From: Heptranchias perlo
Taxonomy: Eukaryota
Assembly (NCBI RefSeq): GCF_035084215.1
Contig: NW_027139284.1
Coordinates: forward strand, 62,001-126,000
Reading direction: 5' to 3'
Length of the DNA: 64,000 nt
Made by a program: the position numbers and the translations under genes. Positions 35,401 through 50,400 of this stretch are shown here, one piece after another. A model generated the notes under the pieces. It was not told where the DNA came from, ran no database searches, and worked only from the letters and a program-made list of their open reading frames with translations. How positions within the stretch are numbered: position 1 is the stretch's first letter; each line of letters begins with the position of its first letter.

Positions 35401-38400
35401 ATCGAACCCTCCGCCGACTCTCAGATCTTTCCCTTGCTTCGCCTTTGATTCCAGCCACTTTCCCTCGGACTCTCGGTTTTGTTGGGGCTGCTTGGAGTTG
35501 AGTTTCCAGATCAGCCACGATCTGATTGAATTGCACAGAACGTACAGCACAGAAACAGGCCATTCGGCCCAACAGGTCCGTGCCGGTGTTTATGCTCCAC
35601 ACGAGCCTCCTCCCTCCCTACTCCCATCTCACCCTATCCCCATATCCTTCTATTCCTTTCTCCCTCATATTCGCCTCAACTACTCCTTGTGGGAGCGAGT
35701 TCCACATTCTCACCACTCTCTGGGTGAAGAAGTTTCTCCTGAATTCCCGATTGGATTTATTAGTGACTCTCTTATATTTATGACCCCTCGTTCTGGTCTC
35801 CCCCACAAGTGGAAACATCTTCTCTACGTCTACCCTATCAAACCCTTTCATAATCTTAAAGACCGCTATCAGGTCACTCCTCAGTCTTCTCTTTTCTAGA
35901 GAGAAGAGTCCCAGTCTGTTCAGTCTTTCCTGATGAGGATATCCAGAATGGTGGACCAGGCTCGAGGGGCTGACTGGCCTCCTCCTGTTCCCGTCTTGCT
36001 ATGTGCCAAGCTCGGCCGGAGGCTGCCTTGACGTCGAGGCCACTCCCTCTCGGCTCCTCTGTCCGCGCCTGTACCGTAGCAAGGTCTGGAGGGCAAGTAG
36101 GTTTGGTGGAAGGTGAGCAGAGCGTGGTGGAAGAGCTTGGGGGGGGTGGGGGGCAGGGGGATGGTCTCCCCAGTGTCCTGAGGCCAACGGTTCTCCCTCA
36201 GCCCACATCACCAAAAAACAAAACCTGATCATCGGGGCTCGTTCACCACATCGCTCTGTGTGGGATCTTGCTGTGCCTCCATCACAGCAGTAACTGCACT
36301 TTAGAGTAATTCGGCAGTTGTCAAGGGTTTGAGGATGTTTTGGACAGTAAATAAATGAGAGTCCCTCCTTTCGTCCTTTGAAAGAGACAGAAAGCCGCCA
36401 TCACTGGTTTGGGTCCGATTCTGGGCACCGCACTTTCGGAAAGATGTGAAGGCCTCAGAGAGGGTGCAGAGGAGATTTACTAGAATGGTACCAGGGATGG
36501 GAGGCTTCAATTATGTGGAGAGACTGGAGGAGCTGGGATTGTTCTCCTTTAGACCAGAGAAGGTTAAGGGGAGATTGACCAGTGTGGGACCAGGGATGGG
36601 GGACTTCAGTTATGTGGAGAGACTGGAGGAGCTGGGATTGTTCTCCTTTAGACCAGAGAAGGTTAAGGGGAGATTGACCAGTGTGGGACCAGGGATGGGG
36701 GACTTCAGTTATGTGGAGAGACTGGAGGAGCTGGGATTGTTCTCCTTTAGACCAGAGAAGGTTAAGGGGAGATTGACCAGTGTGGGACCAGGGATGGGGG
36801 ACTTCAGTTATGTGGAGAGACTGGAGGAGCTGGGATTGTTCCCTTTAGACCAGAGAAGGTTAAGGGGAGATTGACCAGTGTGGGACCAGGGATGGGGGAC
36901 TTCAGTTATGTGGAGAGACTGGAGGAGCTGGGATTGTTCTCCTTTAGACCAGAGAAAGTTAAGGGGAGATTGACCAGTGTGGGACCAGGGATGGGGGACT
37001 TCAGTTATGTGGAGAGACTGGAGGAGCTGGGATTGTTCTCCTTTAGACCAGAGAAGGTTAAGGGGAGATTGACCAGTGTGGGACCAGGGATGGGGGACTT
37101 CAGTTATGTGGAGAGACTGGAGGAGCTGGGATTGTTCTCCTTTAGACCAGAGAAGGTTAAGGGGAGATTGACCAGTGTGGGACCAGGGATGGGGGACTTC
37201 AGTTATGTGGAGAGACTGGAGGAGCTGGGATTGTTCTCCTTTAGACCAGAGAAGGTTAAGGGGAGATTTGATCGAGGGGTTCAAAATCATGAAGGGTTTT
37301 GACAGAGTAAATAAGGAGAAACTGATTCCAGTGGCAGGAGGGTCGGTAACCAGAGGACACAGATTGAAGGTGATCAGGAAAAGAGCCAGAGGGGGAGATG
37401 GGGAGACATTATTTTACGCAGCGAGTTGTGATAATCTGGAATTCACTGCCTGAGAGGGCGGTGGGAGCAGATTCAATAGGAACAGGAGGCCATTCAGCCC
37501 CTCGAGCCTGTTCCGCCATTCATTTAGATCATGGCTGATCTGTATCCAAATCTTCATCTACCCGCCTTGGCTCAATATCCCTTAATACCCTCGGCTAACA
37601 AAGATCTATCGATCTCCGAATTAAAATGATGAATTGAGCTCGCATTCTAGAGTCGAATGGGCAGATACTCTCTGGAGTTTAGAAGAATGAGAGGTGATCT
37701 CATTGAAACATATCAGATTCTGAGGGGGCTTCACAGGGTAGATGCTGAGAGGCTGTTTCCTCCTGGCTGGAGAGTCTAGAACTCGGGGGCAGAGTCTCAG
37801 GATAAGGGGTCGGACATTCAGGAATGAGATGAGGAGGAATTTCTTCACTCAGAGGGTTGTGAATCTTTGGAATTCTCTACCCCAGAGGGCTGTGGATGCT
37901 CAGTCGTTGAGTATATTCAAGGCTGAGATCGATAGATTTTTGGACTCGAGGGGAATCAAGGGATATGGGGATCGGGCGGGAAAGTGGAGTTGAGGTCGAA
38001 GATCAGCCATGATCTGATTGAATGGCGGGGCAGGTTTGAGGGGCCGAATGGCCTACCCCTGCTCCTATTTCTTATCTTCTTATGATCTCTCTCCTGAACG
38101 GCCTGGCTCTGATTTTAAGGTGATGTCCCCTTGTCCGAGACTCCCTCCACCAGTGGATAAAGTCTCTCTCTATCCACCCGATAAAATCCTTCCAAAATCC
38201 TCTCAACCTCAATCAAATCACCCCTTAACCTTCCATATTCCAGGGAATACAAGTCTCGTTCATGGAATCTCTCCTCATAATCTAACCCTTGGAGCTCAGG
38301 TAACATTCTGGTGAATCTGCACCGCACTCCTTCCAAGGCCAGTATATCCTTTATATATGTGGTGCCCAGAACTGTACACAGTGCTCCAGATGTGGTCTGA

Positions 38401-41400
38401 CCAGGGGTTTTGTACAGCTGTAGTTAAACTTCCTCCCCTCTATATTCTAGCCCTCTAGTTATAAAGGCAAACATTCCATTCGTGTTTTTAATTATTTATT
38501 GTACCTGACATTTTCGTGATCCGGGTACATGGACCCCTAAACCTCTTTGGAGCCTCCACTGTTCTGAGCTTTCCACTTTTAATAAAAACTCCAATCAATC
38601 CTTTTTTGGTCCAAAGTGGATGACCTCACACGTACCTGGGTTGAAATCCATCTCCCACAGTTTCACCCACTCACTGAATCTCTCAATGTCTCTCTGTGAT
38701 GTTATGCCCTCGTCTACACTATTTACCGCACCACCAATCCTCGTATCATCGATAAACGTGGATATAAGGCTCTCCATTGTGTTATCTAAGTCCTTAATGA
38801 ATATAGTGAACAGTCGAGGCCCCAGCACACATCCTTGTGAGAAACCACCGGTCGAGTACATCTCCATTCTCCCCACTCTCTGTCTAACCAATCCCCGAAG
38901 CAATGCCCTTAATTCCATGAGCTTTCATTTCAGCCAACAGCCTCTTATGTGGAACCTTAATCGAACGCCTTCTGGAAGTCCATATAAACGACATCCGTGG
39001 ACATTCCCCTGTCCACGACTTTAGTTACTTCCTCAGATAATTCGATCAGGTTGGTCAGACCTGACCTCCCCTTTACAAATCCACGTCTCTGAGCCTAAAG
39101 CTTCTTTTCCCTTTCCCCCTTCTTGCAACTCTTACGATCGTTTTTTTGTCTTCCTTTGCTGCTCTTTGTACCTCTCCCAGTCCCCTGGATCGACACTATT
39201 CTTTGCCCTCTTGTCTGCTCTTTCCTTTACTCTGATGCTATCCCTCACCTCCTTTTGCCGAGCGGGGCTGCTTTATATTGGGAAGTGCAGCCCTTTCCCC
39301 TTGGGGGGTATCGACTGGCCCTCTGTTAATCTCTGAACGCCTCCCACTGTTCATCTGTGCTTTTGGCCAGTTTAAGGTTCTCGCTGTCTCTCTCTCTCGC
39401 CCCGTTAAAGTTAGTCTCACCAAAATGATGGTAATTTTAAGTTTCTCCTTTTTGCGGGCTAACCTTGAATTCGATCCTGTTCCGATCTCTGTTCGATAAA
39501 TCTTTCCGTACCGTTGGATTATTAACTAAATCTAGCTTATTACTGTGTAGGAACTTTCAAAAGAGAATTGGATAAATACCTGAAGGGGAAAAGTTGGCAG
39601 GGCTACAGGGAAAGAGCAGGGGTTGGTGGGGAGAAGTGGGGCTAATTGGATAGCTCTTTCAAAGAGCCAGCACAGGCACGATGGGCCGATTGGCCTCCTC
39701 CCGTGCTGTGGGTTGTTGTGGCACTATGTCCGACCAGCTGTGGGGAGGGGGCAGAAGGAGAAACAGGCTCGAGGAGCGCCATGGACTGACTCCTGCTCCT
39801 GAATCTTCAAGGAGGCGATCAGTCAGCGAGACACTCGACGCTGAGACGAGCTTTACCTGAACAAGAGACGCCTGCATCCTGACTGTGCGAACAGTCGGCC
39901 TTCACCCAGGGGCTCACCAGGCACCTGTCCAACGAAGCTTCAGTCCCGCTACACCGCAAACCGCCCAGCCAGATCTCCCCGGTCCCTCGGCTCCGGTGGG
40001 TCCCTGTTACAGACTCGGCCTTCCCGCAGTTCAGCTGTCGGCAGACCACGTCTCCGTCGGTGAGGTCCCAGCCCTGCTCGCAGACGCTCCCCCAGACGGA
40101 CTCGTAAAAGATCTCGACTCTCCCCGAGCACATGTTGTTCCCGTCTGCCAGTCTGACCGGGAAGGGCCCTGCGAACAAGGAGACTCCAGCTAAGTTTCAC
40201 ACACACACACACTCACACACACACACAGAGAGCAGGAAAGGCCCAGGCTCCCTCCCCGGCCTGTGATAAGTTAGGCCTGATCTCCCCCCCGGGGATGGAC
40301 TGAGTGATACCACAGTCCCAGGCTCCCTCCCCGGCCTGTGAAAAGTTAGGCCTGATCTCCCCCCCCAGGGATGGACTGAGTGATACCACAGTCCCAGGCT
40401 CCCTCCCCGGCCTGTGATAAGTTAGGCCTGATCTCCCCCCCGGGGATGGACTGAGTGATACCACAGTCCCAGGCTCCCTCCCCGGCCTGTGATAAGTTAG
40501 GCCTGATCTCCCCCCCGGGGATGGACTGAGTGATACCACAGTCCCAGGCTCCCTCCCCGGCCTGTGATAAGTTAGGCCTGATCTCCCCCCCCCCCGCCCG
40601 CCCACCCGGGGATAGGACTGAGTGGTACCACAGTCCCAGGCTCCCTCCCCGGCCTGTGATAAGTTAGACCTGATCTCCCCCCCGGGGTGTGGGACCGAGT
40701 GATACCACAGTCCCAGGCTCCCTCCCCGGCCTGTGATAAGTTAGGCCTGATCTCCCCCCCGGGGATGGACTGAGTGATACCACAGTCCCAGGCTCCCTCC
40801 CCGGCCTGTGATAAGTTAGGCCTGATCTCCCCCCCCGGGGGGTGGGACTGAGTGATACCACAGTCCCAGGCTCCCTCCCCGGCCTGTGATAAGTTAGGCC
40901 TGATCTCTCCCCCGGGGGGGTGGGACTGAGTGATACCACAGTCCCAGGCTCCCTCCCCGGCCTGTGATAAGTTAGGCCTGATCTCCCCCCCGGGGTGTGG
41001 GACCGAGTGATACCACAGTCCCAGGCTCCCTCCCCGGCCTGTGATAAGTTAGGCCTGATCTCTCCCCCGGGGGGGTGGGACTGAGTGATACCACAGTCCC
41101 AGGCTCCCTCCCCGGCCTGTGATAAGTTAGGCCTGATCTCCCCCCGACCGGGGATGGGACTGAGTGATACCACAGTCCCAGGCTCCCTCCCCGGCCTGTG
41201 AAAAGTTAGGCCTGATCTCCCCCCCCGGGGATGGACTGAGTGATACCACAGTCCCAGGCTCCCTCCCCGGCCTGTGATAAGTTAGGCCTGATCTCCCCCC
41301 CGGGGATGGACTGAGTGATACCACAGTCCCAGGCTCCCTCCCCGGCCTGTGATAAGTTAGGCCTGATCTCCCCCCCGGGGATGGACTGAGTGATACCACA

Positions 41401-44400
41401 GTCCCAGGCTCCCTCCCCGGCCTGTGATAAGTTAGGCCTGATCTCCCCCCCCCCGCCCGCCCACCCGGGGATAGGACTGAGTGGTACCACAGTCCCAGGC
41501 TCCCTCCCCGGCCTGTGATAAGTTAGGCCTGATCTCCCCCCCGGGGTGTGGGACCGAGTGATACCACAGTCCCAGGCTCCCTCCCCGGCCTGTGATAAGT
41601 TAGGCCTGATCTCCCCCCCGGGGATGGACTGAGTGATACCACAGTCCCAGGCTCCCTCCCCGGCCTGTGATAAGTTAGGCCTGATCTCCCCCCGGGGATG
41701 GACTGAGTGATACCACAGTCCCAGGCTCCCTCCCCGGCCTGTGATAAGTTAGGCCTGATCTCCCCCCCCGGGGGGTGGGACTGAGTGATACCACAGTCCC
41801 AGGCTCCCTCCCCGGCCTGTGATAAGTTAGGCCTGATCTCTCCCCCGGGGGGGTGGGACTGAGTGATACCACAGTCCCAGGCTCCCTCCCCGGCCTGTGA
41901 TAAGTTAGGCCTGATCTCCCCCCCGGGGTGTGGGACCGAGTGATACCACAGTCCCAGGCTCCCTCCCCGGCCTGTGATAAGTTAGGCCTGATCTCTCCCC
42001 CGGGGGGGTGGGACTGAGTGATACCACAGTCCCAGGCTCCCTCCCCGGCCTGTGATAAGTTAGGCCTGATCTCCCCCCGACCGGGGATGGGACTGAGTGA
42101 TACCACAGTCCCAGGCTCCCTCCCCGGCCTGTGATAAGTTAGGCCTGATCTCCCCCCCGGGGATGGACTGAGTGATACCACAGTCCCAGGCTCCCTCCCC
42201 GGCCTGTGATAAGTTAGGCCTGATCTCCCCCCGGGGATGGACTGAGTGATACCACAGTCCCAGGCTCCCTCCCCGGCCTGTGATAAGTTAGGCCTGATCT
42301 CCCCCCGGGGATGGGACTGAGTGATACCACAGTCCCAGGCTCCCTCCCCGGCCTGTGATAAGTTAGGCCTGATCTCCCCCCCCGGGGATGGACTAATCCC
42401 CACACAGAGCAGGAAAAGGCATTAATTGCAACGAAGCCTAAATGATGTTTGTATTTGAATTGAGTGCCTTGGCTGTGTCTTTGAACTCCCGCCCGAGACA
42501 GAGGGGTTAATTGTTGTCGCACCTTTATCAAATTAAGTTGGAACATGACTGAGTCTCTCAGAGAAGCCAAAATCCTGGACGAAAAAAACATTTCCCTTTG
42601 CGAGATACATGAAATGCAAAGCTCGAATTACCGTAGCAGGTGACTCCAGCGTCCTGCCCGTGTGTGCAGTTATTCACCCCCCATGGGCTGGCAGGGCACT
42701 GATCGAGGGCAGGCTCCGTCCCCTTACACCTCACGTTATCCAACAAGATGGGTCCAGTCCCCCCTCCGTAAGCTGCCGCATTCGGCACCGACACGGCCGC
42801 CCCGCAGTTCAGCAGTCTGCAGACGACACTCGCTGCGTTCAGATCCCAGCCATCATCGCAGACGGTCCCCCAGACGGAGTCACGATAGACCTCAACTCTC
42901 CCGGAGCAGTCGTTGCTCCCATTCACCAGCCGTACGGGCACCGGGCCTGGAATAGAGATGGGAAGAGGTTGAATGGTGTAGCACTGCTAACACCCAGCCC
43001 TGCCAACCTGTTCGAGGGCAAGGAAGGGAAACAGACCTGCATCTCCATCACCCCTTTCACCACCTCAGGACCTCCCAAAGTGCTTGAGAGACAAAGAAGG
43101 AAGTTTTTGGAGTGCAGTCACGATTGTAATGTAGGAACTATGGCAGCCAATTTGCGCACAGCAAGATCCCACAAACAGCAATCAGATCATCGGTGGGTTG
43201 AGGGATAATTATTGGCCCCGGGACACCGGGGAGAATTCCCCATCTCTTCTTCCAGTAGTGGCTGTGGGATCTTTTACGTTCACATGCGAGGGCAGACAGG
43301 GCCCTCGGTTTAACGTCTCATCTGAAAGACGGCACCTCCGACAGTGCAGCACTCCCTCAGTACTGGGACCGGGGAGTGTGGGCCTGGATTATGGGCTCAA
43401 GTCCTAGAGTATATCCATCTCCCTCCGACAGTGCAGCACTCCCTCAGTACTGGGACCGGGGAGTGTGGGCCTGGATTATGGGGCTCAAGTCCGAGAGTAT
43501 ATCCATCTCCCTCCGACAGTGCAGCACTCCCTCAGTACTGGGACCGGGGAGTGTGGGCCTGGATTATGGGCTCGAGTCCTAGAGTATATCCATCTCCCTC
43601 CGACAGTGCAGCACTCCCTCAGTACTGGGACCGGGGAGTGTGGGCCTGGATTATGGACTCCACCCCACACCCTCTAAACTCCATGTATGGTTTCGTCCAT
43701 CATAAGAAGATAAGAAATAGGAGCAGGAGTAGGCCATTCGGCCCCTCGAGCATGGTCCGCCATTCAATCAGATCATGGCTGATCTTTGACCTCAACTCCA
43801 CTTTCCCGCCCAATCCCCATATCCCTTGATTACCCTCGAGTCCAAAAATCTATCGATCTCAGCCTTGAATATACTCAACGACTGAGCATCCACAGCCCTC
43901 TGGGGTAGAGAATTCCAAAGATTCACAACCCTCTGAGTGAAGAAATTCCTCCTCATCTCAGTCTGAAACGTCCGACCCCTTACCCTGAGACTATGCCCCC
44001 GAGTTCTAGACTCTCCAGTCAGGGGAAACAGCCTCTCAGCATCTACCCTGTGAAGCCCCCTCAGAATCTGATATGTTTCAATGAGATCACCTCTCATTCT
44101 TCTAAACTCCAGAGAGTATCGGCCCATTCTACTCAATCTCTCCTCATAGGACAACCCTCTCATCCCAGGAATCAATCAGGTGAACCTTCGTTGCACCGCC
44201 TCGAAGGCAAGTATATCCTTCCTTAGATAAGGAGAGCAAAACTGTACACAGTACTCCAGGTGAGGTCTCACCAAATCCCTGGACAATTGTAGTAAGACTT
44301 CCTTACTCTTGTACTACTCCTATCCTCAGATACTAATTTGGGTCGGGGAGTTTATTTGGAGAAAAGAAATCAATATCTTCAGGAGAGAAATGAAAAAATC

Positions 44401-47400
44401 CATCAGGTATTGTACAGTGAGATAGACAGGAATTATCTCCCAGATCCCCGAGGGTGAGGGGTCAGTGTCTGACCCACCCAGTCTCCATCAGAGGGAGGAG
44501 CCCCTTCACCCCCTCTGTCTGGGGGGGTGCGTGGTGAATTAACCCCAGATCCCCGAGGGTGAGGGGTCAGTGTCTGACCCACCCAGTCTCCATCAGAGGG
44601 AGGAGCCCCTTCACCCCCTCTGTCTGGGGGGGGAATTATCCCCCAGATCCCCGAGGGTGAGGGGTCAGTGTCTGACCCACCCAGTCTCCATCAGAGGGAG
44701 GAGCCCCTTCACCCCCTCTGTCTGGGGGGGGCGGGGGGGTGAATTAACCCCAGATCCCCGAGGGTGAGGGGTCAGTGTCTGACCCACCCAGTCTCCATCA
44801 GAGGGAGGAGCCCCTTCACCCCCTCTGTCTGGGGGGGGCGGGGGGGTGAATTAACCCCAGATCCCCGAGGGTGAGGGGTCAGTGTCTGACCCACCCAGTC
44901 TCCATCAGAGGGAGGAGCCCCTTCACCCCCTCTGTCTGGGGGGGGCGGGGGGGTGAATTAACCCCAGATCCCCGAGGGTGAGGGGTCAGTGTCTGACCCA
45001 CCCAGTCTCCATCAGAGGGAGAAGCCCCTTCACCCCCTCTGTCTGGGGGGGGCGGGGGGGTGAATTAACCCCAGATCCCCGAGGGTGAGGGGTCAGTGTC
45101 TGACCCACCCAGTCTCCATCAGAGGGAGGAGCCCCTTCACCCCCTCTGTCTGGGGGGGGCGGGGGGGTGAATTAACCCCAGATCCCCGAGGGTGAGGGGT
45201 CAGTGTCTGACCCACCCAGTCTCCATCAGAGGGAGGAGCCCCTTCACCCCCTCTGTCCGGGGGGTGGGGGCGTGGTGAATTAACCCCAGATCCCCGAGGG
45301 TGAGGGGTCAGTGTCTGACCCACCCAGTCTCCATCAGAGGGAGGAGCCCCTTCACCCCCTCTGTCTGGGGGGGTGCGTGGTGAATTAACCCCAGATCCCC
45401 GAGGGTGAGGGGTCAGTGTCTGACCCACCCAGTCTCCATCAGAGGGAGGAGCCCCTTCACCCCCTCTGTCTGGGGGGGGAATTATCCCCCAGATCCCCGA
45501 GGGTGAGGGGTCAGTACATCGCCCACCCAGTCTCCATCAGAGGGAGGAGCCTCTTCACCCCCTCCGTCTGGGGGGCGGGGGGGTGAATTAACCCCAGATC
45601 CCCGAGGGTGAGGGGTCAGTACATCGCCCACCCAGTGACTGCACCAGCTCGGGATCAGTACAGGATCGCTCCAATGAAGACAGCGGGTGCAGATACGACA
45701 GGCCGAATGGCTTTCTGTGCTGTCGATTTCCACGGTTCCCTGATTCGAGGAAATTCCTTCTCCTGACTGTGGGCCCACTCCTGTTACAATCCGGATACAC
45801 CTCAGATAGGAACCTCACTCACCCGAGCAGGTAACTCCACTCACCCGAGCAGGTAACTCCACTCACCCGAGCAGGTAACTCCACTCACCCGAACAGGTAA
45901 CTCCACTCACCCGAACAGGTAACCCCACTCACCCGAGCAGGTAACCCCACTCACCTGAGCAGGTAACTCCACTCACCTGAGCAGGTAACCCCACTCACCT
46001 GAGCAGGTAACCCCACTCACCCGAGCAGGTAACTCCACTCACCCGAACAGGTAACCCCACTCACCCGAGCAGGTAACTCCACTCACCCGAACAGGTAACT
46101 CCACTCACCCGAGCAGGTAACTCCAATCACCCGAACAGGGAACTCCTCTCACCCGAACAGGTAACTCCACTCACCCGAGCAGGTAACTCCAATCACCCGA
46201 GCAGGTAACTCCACTCACCCGAACAGGTAACTCCACTCACCCGAACAGGTAACTCCACTCACCCGAACAGGTAACTCCAATCACCCGAGCAGGAAACTCC
46301 ACTCACCCGAGCAGGTAACTCCACTCACCCGAGCAGGTAACTCCACTCACCCGAACAGGTAACTCCACTCACCCGAACAGGTAACTCCACTCACCCGAAC
46401 AGGTAACTCCAATCACCCGAACAGGTAACTCCACTCACCCGAGCAGGTAACTCCACTCACCCGAACAGGTAACTCCACTCACCCGAACAGGTAACTCCAC
46501 TCACCCGAGCAGGTAACTCCACTCACCCGAGCAGGAAACTCCACTCACCCGAGCAGGAAACTCCACTCACCCGAGCAGGAAACTCCACTCACCTGAGCAG
46601 GTAACCCCACTCACCCGATCAAGTAACTCCACTCACCTGAGCAGGTAACTTCAGCGTCCTGACTGTGTGTGCAGTTATTCACCCCCCATGGGTTGGCAGG
46701 GCACTGATCGAGGGCAGGCTCTGTCCCGTTACACCTCACATCATCCAACCAGATGGGCCCAGTCCCCTCTCCATATTGGGCGGCTCTTGTTGCTGACAGG
46801 GCCGTCCCACAGTTCAACAGTCTGCAGACGACACTCGCTGCGTTTATATCCCAGACATTATCGCAGACGGTCCCCCAGACGGAGTTACGATAGACCTCAA
46901 CTCTCCCGGAGCACATGTTGCTCCCGTTCACCAGACGCACGGGCACTGGACCTGGAATTGAGACGGGAACACGGTTAGACTGGTCTGGGATTACGGGGAC
47001 TTTCACTGGGGTCATCGTCTGGACCTGGAATAGAGATGGGAACACGGTTGGACTGGTCTGGGATTACAGCGACTTTCACTGGGGTCATCGTCTGGACCTG
47101 GAATAGAGACGGGAACACAGTTAGACTGGTCTGGGATTACAGGGACTTTCACTGGGGTCATCGTCTGGACCTGGAATAGAGACGAAAACATGGTTAGACT
47201 GGTCTGGGATTACTGGGACTTTCACGGGGGTCATCGTCTGGACCTGGAATAGAGACGGGAACACGGTCAGACTGGTCTGGGATTACGGGGACTTTCACGG
47301 GGGGCCATGCGTGAAGTTTATAACTGCACACAGTCCCTGGAACTTGTACCTCAGTTAGGCCACAGCTGGAGTATTGGAGACAGTTTGGGAGTGACCAGGG

Positions 47401-50400
47401 GTGAAGGGGATACAGTTACAGAGAGAGACTGGTTAAGATTAAGGGGGTCCTGAGAGATTACTGAATGTTACCAGGGGTGAGGGAGCAGGAGAGAGGGATT
47501 AGACTGGGTGGGATATTAAAGGGTACGGGGAGTGAGGGGGAGAGTGGGATGAGACTGGGTGGGATATTAAAGGGAACGGGGAGTGAGGGGAGAGTGGGAT
47601 TAGACTGGGTGGGATATTAAAGGGTACGGGGAGTGAGGGGGAGAGTGGGATTAGACTGGGTGGGATATTAAAGGGTACGGGGAGTGAGGGGGAGAGTGGG
47701 ATTAGACTGGGTGGGATATTAAAGGGAACGGGGAGTGAGGGGGAGAGTGGGATTAGACTGGGTGGGATATTAAAGGGTACGGGGAGTGAGGGGAGAGTGG
47801 GATTAGACTGGGTGGGATATTAAAGGGTACGGGGAGTGAGGGGGAGAGTGGGATTAGACTGGGTGGAATATTAAAGGGAACGGGGAGTGAGGGGGAGAGT
47901 GGGATTAGACTGGGTGGGATATTAAAGGGTACGGGGAGTGAGGGGGAGAGTGGGATTAGACTGGGTGGGATATTAAAGGGGACGGGGAGTGAGGGGGAGA
48001 GTGGGATTAGACTGGGTGGGATATTAAAGGGTACGGGGAGTGAGGGGGAGAGTGGGATTAGACTGGGTGGGATATTAAAGGGTACGGGGTGTGAGGGGGA
48101 GAGTGGGATTAGACTGGGTGGAATATTAAAGGGAACGGGGAGTGAGGGGGAGAGAGGGATTGGACTGGGTGGGATATTAAAGGGTATGGGGAGTGAGGGG
48201 GAGAGTGGGATTAGACTGAGTGGAATATTAAAGGGTATGGGGAGTGAGGGGGAGAGTGGGATGAGACTGGGTGGGCTATTAAAGGGTATGGGGAGTGAGG
48301 GGGAGAGTGGGATTAGACTGGGTGGGCTATTAAAGGGTATGGGGAGTGAGGGGGAGAGTGGGATTAGACTGGGTGGGATATTAAAGGGTACGGGGAGTGA
48401 GGGGGAGAGTGGGATGAGACTGGGTGGGATATTAAAGGGTACAGGGAGTGAGGAGAGAGTGGGATTAGACTGGGTGGGATATTAAAGGGTACGGGGAGTG
48501 AGGGGGAGAGTGGGATTAGACTGGGTGGGATATTAAAGGGTACGGGGAGTGAGGGGGAGAGTGGGATTAGACTGGGTGGGATATTAAAGGGTACGGGGTG
48601 TGAGGGGGAGAGTGGGATTAGACTGGGTGGAATATTAAAGGGAACGGGGAGTGAGGGGGAGAGAGGGATTGGACTGGGTGGGATATTAAAGGGTATGGGG
48701 AGTGAGGGGGAGAGTGGGATTAGACTGAGTGGAATATTAAAGGGTATGGGGAGTGAGGGGGAGAGTGGGATGAGACTGGGTGGGCTATTAAAGGGTATGG
48801 GGAGTGAGGGGGAGAGTGGGATTAGACTGGGTGGGCTATTAAAGGGTATGGGGAGTGAGGGGGAGAGTGGGATTAGACTGGGTGGGATATTAAAGGGTAC
48901 AGGGAGTGAGGGGGAGAGTGGGATTAGACTGGGTGGGATATTAAAGGGTACGGGGAGTGAGGGGGAGAGTGGGATGAGACTGGGTGGGATATTAAAGGGT
49001 ACAGGGAGTGAGGAGAGAGTGGGATTAGACTGGGTGGGATATTAAAGGGTACGGGGAGTGAGGGGGAGAGTGGGATTAGACTGGGTGGGATATTAAAGGG
49101 TACGGGGAGTGAGGGGAGAGTGGGATTCGACTGGGTGGGATATTAAAGGGTACGGGGAGTGAGGGGGAGAGTGGGATTAGACTGGGTGGGATATTAAAGG
49201 GTACGGGGAGTGAGGGAGAGAGTGGGATTAGACTGAGTGGGATATTAAAGGGTACGGGGAGTGAGGGTGAGAGTGGGATTAGACTGGGTGGGATATTAAA
49301 GGGTACGGGGAGTGAGGGGGAGAGTGGGATTAGACTGGGTGGGATATTAAAGGATATGGGGAGTGAGGGGGAGTGTGGGATTAGACTGGGTGGGATATTA
49401 AAGGGTACGGGGATTGAGGGGGAGAGTGGGATTAGACTGGGTGGGATATTAAAGGGAACGGGGAGTGAGGGAGAGAGTGGGATTAGACTGAGTGGGATAT
49501 TAAAGGGTACGGGGAGTGAGGGTGAGAGTGGGATTAGACTGGGTGGGATATTAAAGGGTACGGGGAGTGAGGGGGAGAGTGGGATTAGACTGGGTGGGAT
49601 ATTAAAGGATATGGGGAGTGAGGGGGAGTGTGGGATTAGACTGGGTGGGATATTAAAGGGTACGGGGATTGAGGGGGAGAGTGGGATTAGACTGGGTGGG
49701 ATATTAAAGGGAACGGGGAGTGAGGGGAGAGTGGGATTAGACTGGGTGGGATATTAAAGGGTACGGGGAGTGAGGGGAGAGTGGGATTAGACTGGGTGGG
49801 GTATTAAAGGGTACGGGGAGTGAGGGAGAGAGTGGGATTAGACTGGGTGGGATATTAAAGGGTACGGGGAGTGAGGGGGAGAGTGGGATTAGACTGGGTG
49901 GGATATTAAAGGGTACGGGGAGTGAGGGGGAGAGTGGGATTAGACTGGGTGGGATATTAAAGGGTACGGGGAGTGAGGGGGAGAGTGGGATTAGACTGGG
50001 TGGGATATTAAAGGGTGAGGGGAGTGAGGGGGAGAGTGGGATTAGACTGGGTGGGATATTAAAGGGTACGGGGAGTGAGGGGAGAGTGGGATTAGACTGG
50101 GTGGGATATTAAAGGGTACGGGGAGTGAGGGGGAGAGTGGGATTAGACTGGGTGGGATATTAAAGGGTACGGGGAGTGAGGGGAGAGTGGGATTAGACTG
50201 GGTGGGATATTAAAGGGTACGGGGAGTGAGGGGAGAGTGGGATTAGACTGGGTGGGATATTAAAGGGTACGGGGAGTGAGGGGGAGAGTGGGATTAGACT
50301 GGGTGGGATATTAAAGGGTACGGGGAGTGAGGGGGAGAGTGGGATTAGACTGGGTGGGATATTAAAGGGTACGGGGAGTGAGGGGGAGAGTGGGATTAGA

